The notes below the pieces were generated by a model, which saw only the letters and a program-made list of their open reading frames with translations, made no database searches and was not told the DNA's origin. Shown in pieces: positions 43,827 to 56,855 of a stretch of DNA of 64,000 nt. A program made the position numbers and the translations under genes. Position 1 is the first letter of the stretch, and the number at the start of each line of letters is the position of its first letter. The DNA comes from Octopus sinensis (Eukaryota): assembly GCF_006345805.1 (NCBI RefSeq), contig NC_043012.1:41974001-42038000 (forward strand), given 5' to 3'.

Positions 43827-45245
43827 TATATATATATATATAAGGTTTCGTGCTGTGGAACTGAACTGGAGACAGGTGGTTGTAAAATAGCTTCTTAAAC
43901 ACAAATCCATGCCTGCAACTTTTGTAGGTTGGAAATCGTGCGAATGATATTGCAATTGGAATTTACAAGTCGTTATTACCTTTTGCAAATTTTTAGTCTT
44001 CGTTAAGAGGAATACACCTGCGGATCACCTTGCCATTAGCACGCTGATTCAGGGACAGGTAATTCAGTAGATTTAACAGTAGGAGTCACATCGTCGAAAT
44101 CACCGGAGAACCGTTGAATATATGGCTGCGAATCAGCAATTAAAGCGTTTTCAATGCAATTGTCTTCCGGTCTTAGATATCTTGGAGAGACTATGAGTAA
44201 TGCTGAAGTCTTGGAGTAATTTTTTTATTCCAGAGGGAAGGTAAGACGGATGAACCCTTTAAAGGGATTCCGAGATTAGTGGGAAGGAAAGAGGAGGGTA
44301 TCTTCAAAGCAAAAGCCTGGTCTGAAAGCTTACAACAGGGTGGACGCCGCTAAAGGTACCCAAGTTAACCGGCTACAAAACAGACTATGACGGGATTTGA
44401 ACTTAGAATGTAAAGGGGGAGCAAATAGCGCAAGGCATCCAGTCTTTCCTACTGTTCCGCCAATTCACAGCTTCGGATTAAAGGATGAAAGGCAAAGTTG
44501 ACTAAGCGGGAATTGACAGCTGGAAAAAACACTGCGCAAAGAGCTCTACCCCTTCGCCACCCGTTTTTAGCATGGAAGCTCACAACATAATAGACTAAGA
44601 TTTAAACGCCTTTAAGTTCATATGGAACAAGTAAAGTGTCGACAGCCAGTTGTTTATGGGAAACTACTTTCTGAGAGATAACTCCCTAGCAGACAAATTA
44701 AGTTACAAACACTGCCTTGAGTCTGATCCGTGAAAATGGGGTGATATTCTTGTGGCAAGTTTGAGAAAAAAGATGCAGTTGATAGGGTCTCATGAGGACG
44801 AAAATATACTTATTGCATTCAACAACTTTGAAGGGAATCGTAAAATTGAAATAAAACACTAAGAAAGGAAACCCTTCGATTTTAATATTCCCGTCGAATG
44901 TTCAACTTCTTGTCGAGTTTATTTCTCTGAAACCTGTCTTGTGAGCCAATCAAGGTCATATGAACGAAAGCAAACTAATAATAGATTATTAGCATTTGAA
45001 AGAACACATATATCTGCCATTTGTGTGAAAGCTGTCTTTGTATTGGCAATCTGAAGGGACATGTGTCGTTTCTGCACATTGTTAATTGCCATGACTTTGC
45101 ATGGCATTTAACCAAGAAGAAGCATTTATGAAACTGTTCGGGAAAGCGCTGAACAAAACAAAAATGTTCATTTTTCCTTTTGCTTGTTATTGTCAGTGGT
45201 CACGCCCATTACTGAGTTGACTACCAACATATTAGAGATAGATAG

Positions 45246-45315
<70 letters not shown>

Positions 45316-45324
45316 GTGTGTGTA

Positions 45325-45355
<31 letters not shown>

Positions 45356-45734
45356 CAATGTATTTATGTATCGGCGCAGGCGTGGCTGTGTGGTAAGAAG
45401 CTTGCTTCCGAATCACATGGCTCCGGGTTCAGTTCCACTGCATGTCAATTTGAGCAAGTGACTTCTACTATAACCTCGGGCCGTTCAAAACCTTGCGAGT
45501 GCATTTGGTAGACGGAAACTGAAAGAAACTGCAAGAAGCTCGTTGTGTATATATATATATACATACCAAATATATACGTTTTATTTATTATTTTGCACAT
45601 TACTTAATCATCTGTATATTTTTTATCTTATATTTAATATTTCTATTATATGTAATTTTCTAGATGGTGTAATTAATTTTTCACTTTGAATTGATAAAAG
45701 GTGTTTTTTTCTAATTTATATATATTTGTGTGTA

Positions 45735-45792
<58 letters not shown>

Positions 45793-46153
45793 ATATATAA
45801 TGTATATATGTGTGTGTGTGGCGCGCGTATGTTTGTGTCTTTTGTCTGTGTTTGTACCCAACACCGCTTAACAAGTAGTGCTTGTTTACGTCCTCGTAAC
45901 CTAGAGGTTCGGTAACAACGAACGATAGAATAAGTAGCAGTCGATTGATTCAACGGAAAGTTCTTCAAGGCAATGACCCAGTATGGCCGCAGTCTGATGA
46001 TTAAAAGAAATAAAAGACAAAAAAATAAAACACACACACAGAGGCATACACACAGAGGCATACACACACACACACATACACATACATACATACATACATA
46101 CATACATACATACATACATACATACATACATACATACATACATACATACATAC

Positions 46154-46185
<32 letters not shown>

Positions 46186-47503
46186 AGTCAAGGCAGAAAA
46201 TTGCTTTTTTTACGTATATATATCAACCCGTGTGTTCGTTCTACATATATATATATAGATAGATAGATAGATATAGATATATATATGCTTACATTTTCAT
46301 TTGTGTATGCTGTGTTGTAAAAATTCCCAGAGAAAAATTCATGTGAAATGGTTTACCTCGAAATAAAGACTCCACCGCTTCCACTACGTCCGCCATGAGG
46401 ACTACGAGCCCCACTGCCGCCACCATCCCCTCAACCACCACCAGTAGAAGTGTTTCTCTAAAATCAATCGTTTCGATCCCACGAAACATCAAGCGAATGC
46501 CGTCAACCTTGTTTGACCAGTTTCTGTAGATGGAACCACCTGCTATTGCCACCCATTATTTTTTTTACATATATATATATATATACTTCGGATGATTCAG
46601 ATGATTTTTTTTTTTCAAAACTTTCATAACAATGCCCTCCCAACCGACTAACCGACCTGCCTACAAACCAGCCTGTCTGCCTGCTTACCGGTCAGTCGGT
46701 CTGTCGCTTTGCCTGTCTCTCATTCAAATCACGCCATCAAACTGGTTCACACTAGTTGCAATGTCTCTATTTTTGCTGTCGTCGTTTCTAATCCCCGGGT
46801 CAGCCTTAGTTAAGCAGATTTACTTTCAAAGCTATCCCATCCAGCCATAACATTTGATCTTTTCCTTAGCCTTCGTATATCTAGGACTCTATCACACCCT
46901 CCCATTATAGTCTTCGATTTCTATGGCGTTCCATCATATTTCTAAATAGGCGAATCAACAAAATAACAATCAAATCGCCTGATTTCGATCAGCTGATGTG
47001 ATAATTGCCAGCAATAATGATACAACTATCCCCAAAACACAGCATTCAACATCATAAGTCTATTGCTGAGCGTTATTACAACATTCTTTGTTTACTACTA
47101 CTACTAAAAAAAAAAAATAATAATGGTTTCAAATTTTGCCACAAGCCAAGCCTTTTGGGGGAGAGGATAAGTCGATTACATCGGCCCCAGTGTTTCAATG
47201 GTACTGAATTTATCGACTCCGGAAGGATGAAAAACAAAATCGACCTCGGCGGAATTTAAACTCAGAACGTAGCAGCATCCGAAATACTGCTAATCATTTC
47301 GCCCGGCGTGCTAACTAACGACTCTGCCAGCTCGCCGCCTTGATAATGAAAATAAGAACAATAATAATAATAATAACAACAATAATAATAATACCCTTAT
47401 CAGACGGGTAGTCATGATGGGTATACTAGGCTTCGTATATTTTACCCCAGTGTTACTCTGATGGCATACACTGCTCTCTCACTCAATAATAATAATAATA
47501 ATA

Positions 47504-48060
47504 AATGCCCTGATGCAGTACCAGGCACTGGCTCTCATGGCTTCTGATCTTAACTGATTTGAAGTGTTATCATGTGCATTGTTTTGTCTTGGTATAAAAG
47601 ATGGGCTACAGCAAATATTCTGCTCAATACCACAGATTTGCTTGTCAGTTGTTTGACCTTAACCATTTGAGCGTGTCCCTTAGTGGCTGACGATATGTGC
47701 ATCTCTGATCACGAGCAGAAGTAGTGGGGGAGCATCATAGCCATGTGTTGAGATGGATTCTTTGGGGTTTGAATAATTCACCTCTGGGAACATGGGTGGT
47801 TCTTTCAACATCCTTAAACAACCCTTATTCAGGGACCTTTTGAGCGGGATGGGTAACTCAACCTCAAGAAAATTCTAACTGGGCCCCACCTGCAAGGTCA
47901 TGTGCTGTTTATCTTGATATGAGATCACCATGTCGCGCACATATGGTTGTCATGCATGTGCCTGGTGTACCCTTATCAGACGGGTAGTCATGATGAGTAT
48001 ACTGGGCTTCGTATATTTTACCCCAGTGTCACTTTGATGGCATGAACTGCTCTCTCACTC
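47504..48060 (+). mobile_element. Non-coding element of about 557 nt embedded in (AAT)n
   Basis: Flanked by AAT arrays on both sides. A truncated 3'-end copy lies at 47392-47484 and a second full copy at 54092-54635 on the minus strand, also between (ATT)n arrays. Confidence 0.8.
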
Positions 48061-48121
48061 AATAACAATAATAATAATAATAATAATAATGATGATAATA
48101 ATAACAACAACAACAACAACA

Positions 48122-48153
<32 letters not shown>

Positions 48154-48378
48154 CCTTTCTACTGGAAGCACAAGGCCTCAATCTTGAGTGGGTGGGGGAT
48201 TAGTCAATTACATCGACACCAGTACTCTACTGGTACTTAATTTATCGACCTCGAAAAGATGAAAGGTAAAGTCGACCTCGGCGGAATTTGAAATCAGAAG
48301 ACTGACGAAATACTGCTAAGCATTTTAGCCTGACGGGCTAACGATTCTGCCGGCTCGCCGTATTCATAATAATAATAA

Positions 48379-48417
<39 letters not shown>

Positions 48418-48493
48418 GAGAGGAGGAGGAGGAGGAGGAGGAGGAGTAGTAGTGGTTGTGGTGGTGGTGGTGGTGGTGGTGGTGGTGGTGGTG

Positions 48494-48550
<57 letters not shown>

Positions 48551-48985
48551 TATTTCAACTACAGTCCCGGGCCGACCAAAGTCTTGTTAGTGGATTTGGT
48601 AGACGGAAACTGAAGGGAAGCGTTCGTGTATGTACATGTGTGTGTGTATATTCGTGTGCATCTTTGTGTTTGTTTTGTCCCCCAGTGCAGCTTGACGACC
48701 AGTGTTGGTTTGTTTGTGTCCCTATAACAGTTCATGGGAAAGAGACTGTGGGAATGTGTAGCAGACTTAAAACTAATCACTGGGGTCGATTCGTTCAATG
48801 AAACCCTTCAAGTCCAAAGATTGAAGCAACTAAAATATAAAATATATATATATATATATATGTTTATATATATATATATATTATTTTTTTAAATTATAAG
48901 CTTATAAAATATTATTATTATTATTATTTACAGAATTGTAAAAATCGACGCTGCTTAACAAAACTATCACAGTGATATGTATGTA

Positions 48986-49052
<67 letters not shown>

Positions 49053-49412
49053 CAGTACAATCAGGCTGCTGTGAAGAATAGAAAATGCAACGTTTCCAAT
49101 AGAGTACTTCTTTATCCCGAAGGAAGAGTGTCCGAAACTTTTGATTTTCCTCTCCTCACAGCAAGGTCACTCTGTTCTTTTTATCGGTTTCAATAAATAA
49201 TTCATGCCGACACAGCTCAGCTCTGGCCTCATTCAAGTCTGTTTGGTCTACATACATACATGCATACATGCATGCATACATACATACATACATACATACA
49301 TACATACATACATACATACATACATACATACATACATACGTATATGTGTGTGTCTTCTCTGTCTGTATTTGTGTGTGTGTGTGTTTATATGAATGTATAC
49401 GTATAATATCTA

Positions 49413-49450
<38 letters not shown>

Positions 49451-49472
49451 TATATAATATATATGATATAAT

Positions 49473-49718
49473 ATAAATTAGAGATAAAACCATTATTGCA
49501 ACTCAAACAGTGATAGACATAAACCAATAAATAAATAACCAATAGTGCATATTATATTGTTTTATTATTCATTTATACTTTTTGAGATCTAGTTATAAGT
49601 TATATATTTAAAAGCAAATTATATATATTATATATATATATATATATTGGTTATTTATTTATTGGTTTATGTCTATCACTGTTTGAGTTGCATAATAGTG
49701 GTTTTATCTCAAATTTAT
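49473..49718. repeat. Inverted repeat, arms about 70 nt
   Basis: gagataaaacca..gcaactcaaacagtgatagacataaaccaataaataaataaccaata at 49473-49543 and its reverse complement at 49645-49718. Confidence 0.85.
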
Positions 49719-49807
49719 CTTTTTATATTTATATATCGTGTAATTTGATTTATACTAAATTGAATTTTTCCCTGTAAGTTTGGAGTTATACTCCCTAATA
49801 TTATTAT

Positions 49808-49851
<44 letters not shown>

Positions 49852-50009
49852 ATATATATTAATATTATATATGTATATATATCAGAGCAGGGAAAATTAT
49901 ATATTTTCTATGAAATTTTTGGGTTTATTACTTATCCATTATTTATTAATTTAATTGTGTATTTGACCAATAATTAATCAATATATTTCTTTTTTTATGT
50001 ATTTACCAG

Positions 50010-50356
50010 ATTATCAAAAATCTTCCATCGTCCATTACTGGAATTGAACTCAGCAAGAAAGATTCCAATATACCACCGATAATGAGTGACAGTTCAACAG
50101 ATAAATATGCACAGTTAGATGAAGCGATGATGAATCACAAGAAGAGGGGCAAAACCAACAAACGGTTCCTCGACGACAGCAGTAATGGTCAAATTAGTAC
50201 AGCGGCCAGCGAGGATGAAATCGATGAACTTCGACCCAATATCCAAAAGAAACAACGGCCTCGCAGACCTTCGCAGATTTCGGCTTCCATAACTTCTCAA
50301 TCAACCACCACCACCAGCCTTTCCACCCTAACTAACGGACCGAAAGTCAATAACAC
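50010..50356 (+). CDS. CHS: Myosin-motor chitin synthase exon: polar/charged linker
   Basis: ttttttatgtatttaccAG acceptor, AC|gttagt donor. Open frame IIKNLPSS...MSDSSTDK...GPKVNN(T). Phase 0 start fits the IQ exon and phase 2 end fits exon 51805. The linker has no recognisable motif, so support is mainly splice-phase fit. Confidence 0.82.
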
Positions 50357-50592
50357 GTTAGTATATTTTTTCATTTCTTTGTGTCTTTCTGGTTCCTTTC
50401 ATTTGGGAAAGATAGGATTTGCATTGTCGTGCTAGGAGTTGTTGGTAAATGATTGTTTCCTTGTGCCCTAGGTCAACCCTGCTGGAGCAGCCTTATGGCC
50501 TCAGAGACGTCCCAATCGTGACCATCCCATTAATTTATATATAGTTTATCTCAAAGTGTACTTTCCACACATGCGTGTGTGTGTGTAAATTC

Positions 50593-50761
<169 letters not shown>

Positions 50762-51097
50762 CAGGGAGAGATAGACACAGCAAACTCATAATCTGTGGGT
50801 TTACTATCAGCTATTTCTTTTGTTTCTTGAACAGAACCCTCTCTTTCAATAATACTTCAACCCTCCCTCACAGGGGCTGGATGAATATGTAGCAACGTAT
50901 GTGATAGGCTGTCATTCTCTCCAGTAGGCAGTTTAACGTGATGAAATAGGCGTTTAAAAACCTCTTTTAACTCATTTTGTAGTTTGGGGATAAAGGTGTA
51001 ATTTGTGTTGCATAAATGCCTGTTATATTGCATATAATAGATGTATGTGTGATATATCGAATACACTCACACATAAACATACATACATACACACACA

Positions 51098-51215
<118 letters not shown>

Positions 51216-51367
51216 GTAGAGTTAGAGGCTGGAATAACCGTCTAAAGGATAAAAGTATCCGTTATACCACCGGTACAATTTCTTATGTTAACCCCGGAGA
51301 TACAAATACATTATGGCCATAGATTACAGGTGACAAAGATAAAGATGAATTCATCAGGAATCAAATT

Positions 51368-51757
51368 TAAAGTAGACAGAAAATGGAAAAATATTAATCA
51401 ACAACAACAATTGACTTACATCAATTATTATTTTTTAATTCAATACACATTGACTGCATCCCACCTAACAGCTGTTTCTGCTTCTAATCTTATATAATCT
51501 TATTGATATTCTAAAATAATATTCATCATATTTGGTAATAAATACAATGTGGGACATGAAGCTTCATGTCCCACATTGTATTTATTACCAAATATGATGA
51601 ATATTATTTTTAGAATATCAATAAGATTATATAAGATTAGAAGCAGAAACAGCTGTTAGGTGGGATGCAGTCAATTTGTATTGAATTAAAAAATAATAAT
51701 TGATGTAAGTCAATTGTTGTTGTTGATTAATATTTTTCCCATTTTCTGTCTACTTTA
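51368..51757. repeat. Spacer-less palindrome of about 390 nt
   Basis: Axis in gggacatgAAGCTTcatgtccc (51561/51562). The arms differ by about one substitution and two single-base indels. Confidence 0.92.
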
Positions 51758-51804
51758 CACACACACACAAACACATATATATATATTTTTTATATACATT
51801 ACAG

Positions 51805-52012
51805 GTCTACTAACCAGCCATGGGATGTGTTTAAGACAGTATCACGGAAAAACGAGACTATTTACGAAACAACGACGAACTGGTTCGAGTTGGCAGCGAA
51901 GACTTTCAAGATTTTTACGTTTGTGTTTCTTTTCGTGTGTGTGATGGGAAGCGCCTTGGCTAGCAAAGGGAGTCTTCTCATCATGACCAGAGCTATTGGA
52001 AAAATAAACCAG
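51805..52012 (+). CDS. CHS: Chitin synthase exon: WDVF motif and first transmembrane helix
   Basis: tacattacAG acceptor, CAG|gtgaga donor. STNQPWDVFKTV...KIFTFVFLFVCVMGSALASKGSLLIMT carries the WDVF and SKGxLLxMT motifs of animal chitin synthases. Confidence 0.93.
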
Positions 52013-52198
52013 GTGAGATAAAATTTACTATATAACAACAAAATATGTAGAAATGCACACACACACACACACACACACACACACCACGACATTAATGTAC
52101 CTGTCTCTGCCGGATCAAAATGAACTTTCACGCTCTAGATTTCTTTTGCTTCCTACTATATTTATTTTGTGTGTAGACAGACAGACAGACAGACAGAC

Positions 52199-52301
<103 letters not shown>

Positions 52302-53621
52302 ACTTTCTCTGTGTGTGCATAAATTCTGTATAAATATGTTATCAATGACTTGATGCCTTGCAGCTACGTGTTCATATTTTAATCTGTTATACCTATGTAC
52401 AGGTATAATATATCCATATAAAATGAGATGATGTATAAATCGTCCAAAAATGATCAAATATATCCACATTAATTAAGAGGTCAATCAATAACACGTGGTT
52501 AAAGTCCAATTGGTTACAATATTGCATTAAACCCAGATGGAAGAAGCTTGCGTGTAGACATGTAATCGGTAAAAACAATCCTTAAGGGCAACGTCTATTT
52601 AGAATTAGGGTCAGAAAAGCATAAATTTCATGAAATGCACCTAATTCAATCACACTCAACAGCTGTTTCATTAGTAATAAACATAATTAATTCTATAATT
52701 TCTTAAGATATACAATTGATCATTAGTACCTCTGATGATTTGATGTATACACATGAATACGTGTATCTCGTATGTTGCATGATCCAACGGATCTGCAACT
52801 GCAGGCCCAAGAGCGGAGACATATTTATCTGTTATTGTATTGACAACCAGTAAATTTTCATCTATCCAGGAATTCACCCCCCCCCCCCTCTCTCTCTATC
52901 TCTCTCTCTTTCTCTCACTCACTCAACGCTACTTATGTTCTCCACGTGAAAGTAAAAGGCTGATGCAGCATGGTACCAGTGCATCCTCGCCAAAACGTAA
53001 ACAGCTAGAATATTTACCGAAAAGCGTCCCGTTAGTAGTTAACACTATATTTTTTAATCAGTGTCTAGCTAACTAAATGATCTGCTAGTGTATTAACGAA
53101 CTGCACAAACAGTGAAAGTATTACAGCAGTGAATTGCTTTTGATACAGATATCAGGGAGACGGACAAACATTGAAAAGATGACACACTGCCAATTATATA
53201 AGGAAATTGTTGATGTTTAGCCCAACGCCGATCTTCAGTGGGAAGACCTATATTTTAATGTGTCAATTTGCAGTTTTCTAGAACTTCACTATCCAATGTA
53301 CCATTCTTTCTTTTAAGGGTTCCTATGTCTTAAGGAAGGAATGTGTCCTTTTTTATAGCATTGGATTTTGGTTTGAGAGAGATTTGGCTGCTATTTTTCG
53401 CAGAGACACACAAAAATCCAAGTTATTATTGTTGTTGTTATTATTGTTAGTAGTCACTGTGCACCCGCGTCAGTTCGAAAGCATGCACAGTTCACGTTCA
53501 GTTTGCTTGCAAGCATTGCACGATAGATTTCACTTTAATAGTAATTGTTGATGTTATTTTTATTGTTGTTGCTGTTGTTGTTGTTGTTGTTGTTACTGTT
53601 GTATTTTTACCCAATTTTTAG

Positions 53622-53759
53622 AGCTCAGAGTCTCGAGACAGGTGGGTGTACTTGGTAATATGTACCGTGTGTGTACCCTATGTTGTGATGTTCCTAGAAT
53701 GTTTGTTTAAAGCCATGTTTGGCAACATACCCCGGCCTTCCATAGGAAACATGATTTGG
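53622..53759 (+). CDS. CHS: Chitin synthase transmembrane exon (absent from the ORF track)
   Basis: ccaattttAG acceptor, TGG|gtaagt donor, 46 codons, phase 0/0: SSESRDRWVYLVICTVCVPYVVMFLECLFKAMFGNIPRPSIGNMIW. Fills the expected W..L....P....F...FK....P segment between the flanking exons. Confidence 0.9.
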
Positions 53760-54006
53760 GTAAGTAGACTCCTTGTTTTATCTATTTCCCTTTCCGACAC
53801 CACATACGCATAGACATGCGCAAATGCACAAATAGATATACATTATGTGTATGAATGCGTGTAGTGATATACACACAAACGTACATACATACACACGCAC
53901 ATTCGCATACACATACATGAATACATATATGCATGCATACGTACACATACATGCATACTCACATACACATACATGTACACACACATAAACTCACAATACA
54001 TACATA

Positions 54007-54064
<58 letters not shown>

Positions 54065-54666
54065 GCTGTTGTTGTTGTTGTTGTTGTTATTGAGTGGGAG
54101 AGCAGCGAATGCCTTCAAAGTGACACTGGGTTAAAATATACGAATCCCAGTATACCCATCATGACCACCCGTCTGATAAGAGTACACCAGACACATGCAT
54201 TACAACCTTATATGCGACATGGTGATCTCATATCAAGATAAACAGTGCATGACCTTGCCTGTTAGAATTTTCTTCAGGTCGAGTAGCCCATCCCGCTCAA
54301 AAGGTCGCTGAATAAGGGTTGTTTAATGATGTTGAACGAAACACCCACGTTTCCAGAAGTGAATTATTCAAACTCCAAAGAATCCCTCTCAACACATGGC
54401 TATGATGCTCCCCCACTACTTCTGCTTGTGATCAGAGATGCACATATCGTCAGCCACTAAGGGACATGCTCAATTGGTTATGGTCAAACAACTGACAAGC
54501 AAATCTGTGGTATTGAGCAGAATATTTGCTGTAGCCTATCTTTTATACCAAGACAAAAAATCTACATGATAAAACTTCCAATCAGTTAAGACCAAAAGCC
54601 ACGAAAGCCAGTGCCTGGTACTGCATCAGGGCATTTATTATTATTATTATTATTATTATATTATTA

Positions 54667-54704
<38 letters not shown>

Positions 54705-54885
54705 CTTTCATCCTTTTGGGGCCGATGAATTAAGTACCAGTTGAGTACTGGGGTCGATGTAACCGACAACCCCATCCCCCAAATTTCAGGCCTTGTGCCT
54801 ATAATAGAAAAGATTATTGTTATTGTTATTATCATTATTATTATTATTGTTTTCTGTTTTTCTTTTCTGTTTTTCTTTTCGGCAG

Positions 54886-56102
54886 ATTCTGTTAGTTGAA
54901 TCGCTACATTCGTTCGGGCTGTGCCTGTTCCTATTCAGAGTGCTTCCATGCTTAAACACAATACGATGCCTACTGCTGATGAACGCTGTCTGCCAAATGC
55001 CTTCCATTTTCAGACTTTTTGCTACAAAAAGATCAGAGGATCCGAGACGGAAGATAATCACAATCATCTTTGATTTCCTGGCAGTTCTCATGCAGTTGTC
55101 CGCTATCATCGTGGCCATCACCTCCATGAAAACTTCATGCATGCGTGACCCGCCTCACGTCACTGACACCAACAATAGCAATACATACGGACTTTATTTT
55201 CCCAAAAACGACAAGAAGCACTGGTCTCAACAACAAAATGGCGATGATCCCACGACTTCTGACATCAACAGTGGTAGCATTTTGTCAAATATGACATGGG
55301 AAGTTCCTGTGTCATTGATCCTCATCTCGGTAAAATGGTGGGAAAATTTCGTGGATAAATCTATAAAGATCGGCTCCAGGGAATTCTGTGTGAAAGAGTA
55401 CAAGGATACTCTCTATAGAGTACGAGTAAAGGCTTACATTTTGGTTAGTGCTTGGAAGGTTGGACTGACATTTGGTTTCGCTTTTCTGTTGATGCCCAAT
55501 CTAAGTCTGGTTCATAAAGCATTTGGTAGTCTTTTCCAAGACGAAGTTTACACTTACACAAACACCACAGTTCCTACACCAGTCCATTTAAATGGCACTT
55601 TAAAGACTACTGGGGCACCAATTAGTCTCTATACAGGTAGTAGTATAACCGAGCATAAGAGCTCCCAACAGAAAACCGTCAACTGTACAAATGTGACCGA
55701 TGTTGCAGACGTAACCTGGATACTCTGCTGGACGAAACAAGAAGATGCGTGGAGAGAATTTATGACATACTTACCGTTGATCGTCCAAATTGTGTCATCA
55801 GGTTTATGTTATTATTTTGCAAGACTTGCTTGCAAACTTTGCATGCAAAGATTCTCGTTCGCAGCTCCACTCTGTTTGGCGACGCCTGTAGCTGTTGGGA
55901 CGTTGTTATCGTTTTATTACATTGAACCGAACAATATTTTTACCAAAGAATTCTTGCAATGGCCCGGTATGGAAGCGGAGCCTGATAAACAAAAGCTAAT
56001 CTGGCATATGGGAATCGGGTTTGGCCTTTGGTGGGTATCACAGTTGTGGGTCACCAGATATATTTGGACACCTAAAGCAACACGACTCGCCTTTACAGAA
56101 AA
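54886..56102 (+). CDS. CHS: Chitin synthase large exon: multi-pass N-terminal transmembrane domain
   Basis: Long pyrimidine tract + ggcAG acceptor, AA|gtaagt donor, 1217 nt open. Contains VESLHSFGL..FRVLP, WEVPVSLILISVKWWENFV, LACKLCMQRFSFAAPLCLATPV and WWVSQLWVTRYIWTPK..RLAFTE, all typical of animal chitin synthases. Confidence 0.96.
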
Positions 56103-56752
56103 GTAAGTACATTTCGTGTTTATTTTCATAGATTTACAAATAATTTTATTTGTTCACGTTGTTGCTGTGCATTTCGTTAGATTGTGACTATGCATTCAAT
56201 AATTTCAAAGCATGTTTTTTTGCCTTTGTCGTGCATGTTTCAGTCGCTATTCTACATGCTTCTGCCACTGTGCATGTTGCACTTTCTATTGTGCATGTTT
56301 CTGTTGTCCCAGTGCATTCTGTACTTTTTAAAGTGCATGTGGTTGTTGTTGTTGTTGTTGATGATACTGTTGCTGCAGTGCATGAAGAATTCTGAAATTG
56401 TTTTTAAATAACAAGATCCAATAGAAAAGGATAAAATATTAAATAGCTGTATCAATGCGCGGTTTTTACGATACAGTCCTTGTCATAGATTTTTGAACCC
56501 TTCGGGGCGTGAATGAGGGGTAATGGATAGGAGAGCGGTGAATACTACGAGAAGATATTCTACGGAAATTAGAACAAGATGTAGGAAGTCCGCCATCTTG
56601 TGACGTTAAAGAAGTTATCAAAACTGGCTTCAACTGGATCACTCATGTAGGAACTCTCATTACATTTCCGCTGATTTGCCGCCGATAGAAAGTGCAAAAT
56701 ATATTAGTCGATCTTCCGAGAACAATCTTTTTGCCTCTCTTGTTCCCTTTCA

Positions 56753-56783
<31 letters not shown>

Positions 56784-56820
56784 TGTATGTATGTATGTAT
56801 GTATGTATGTATGTATGCGG

Positions 56821-56855
<35 letters not shown>

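Noticed and set aside
46340-46530. Ser/Thr-rich open frame
   Set aside because: Bounded by stops, low complexity, and no splice sites compatible with the gene.
49113-49146. Additional hammerhead-like string atc-CCGAAGG..TCC-GAAAC..gat
   Set aside because: Two core positions and the cleavage triplet are non-canonical, so it is too degenerate to call.
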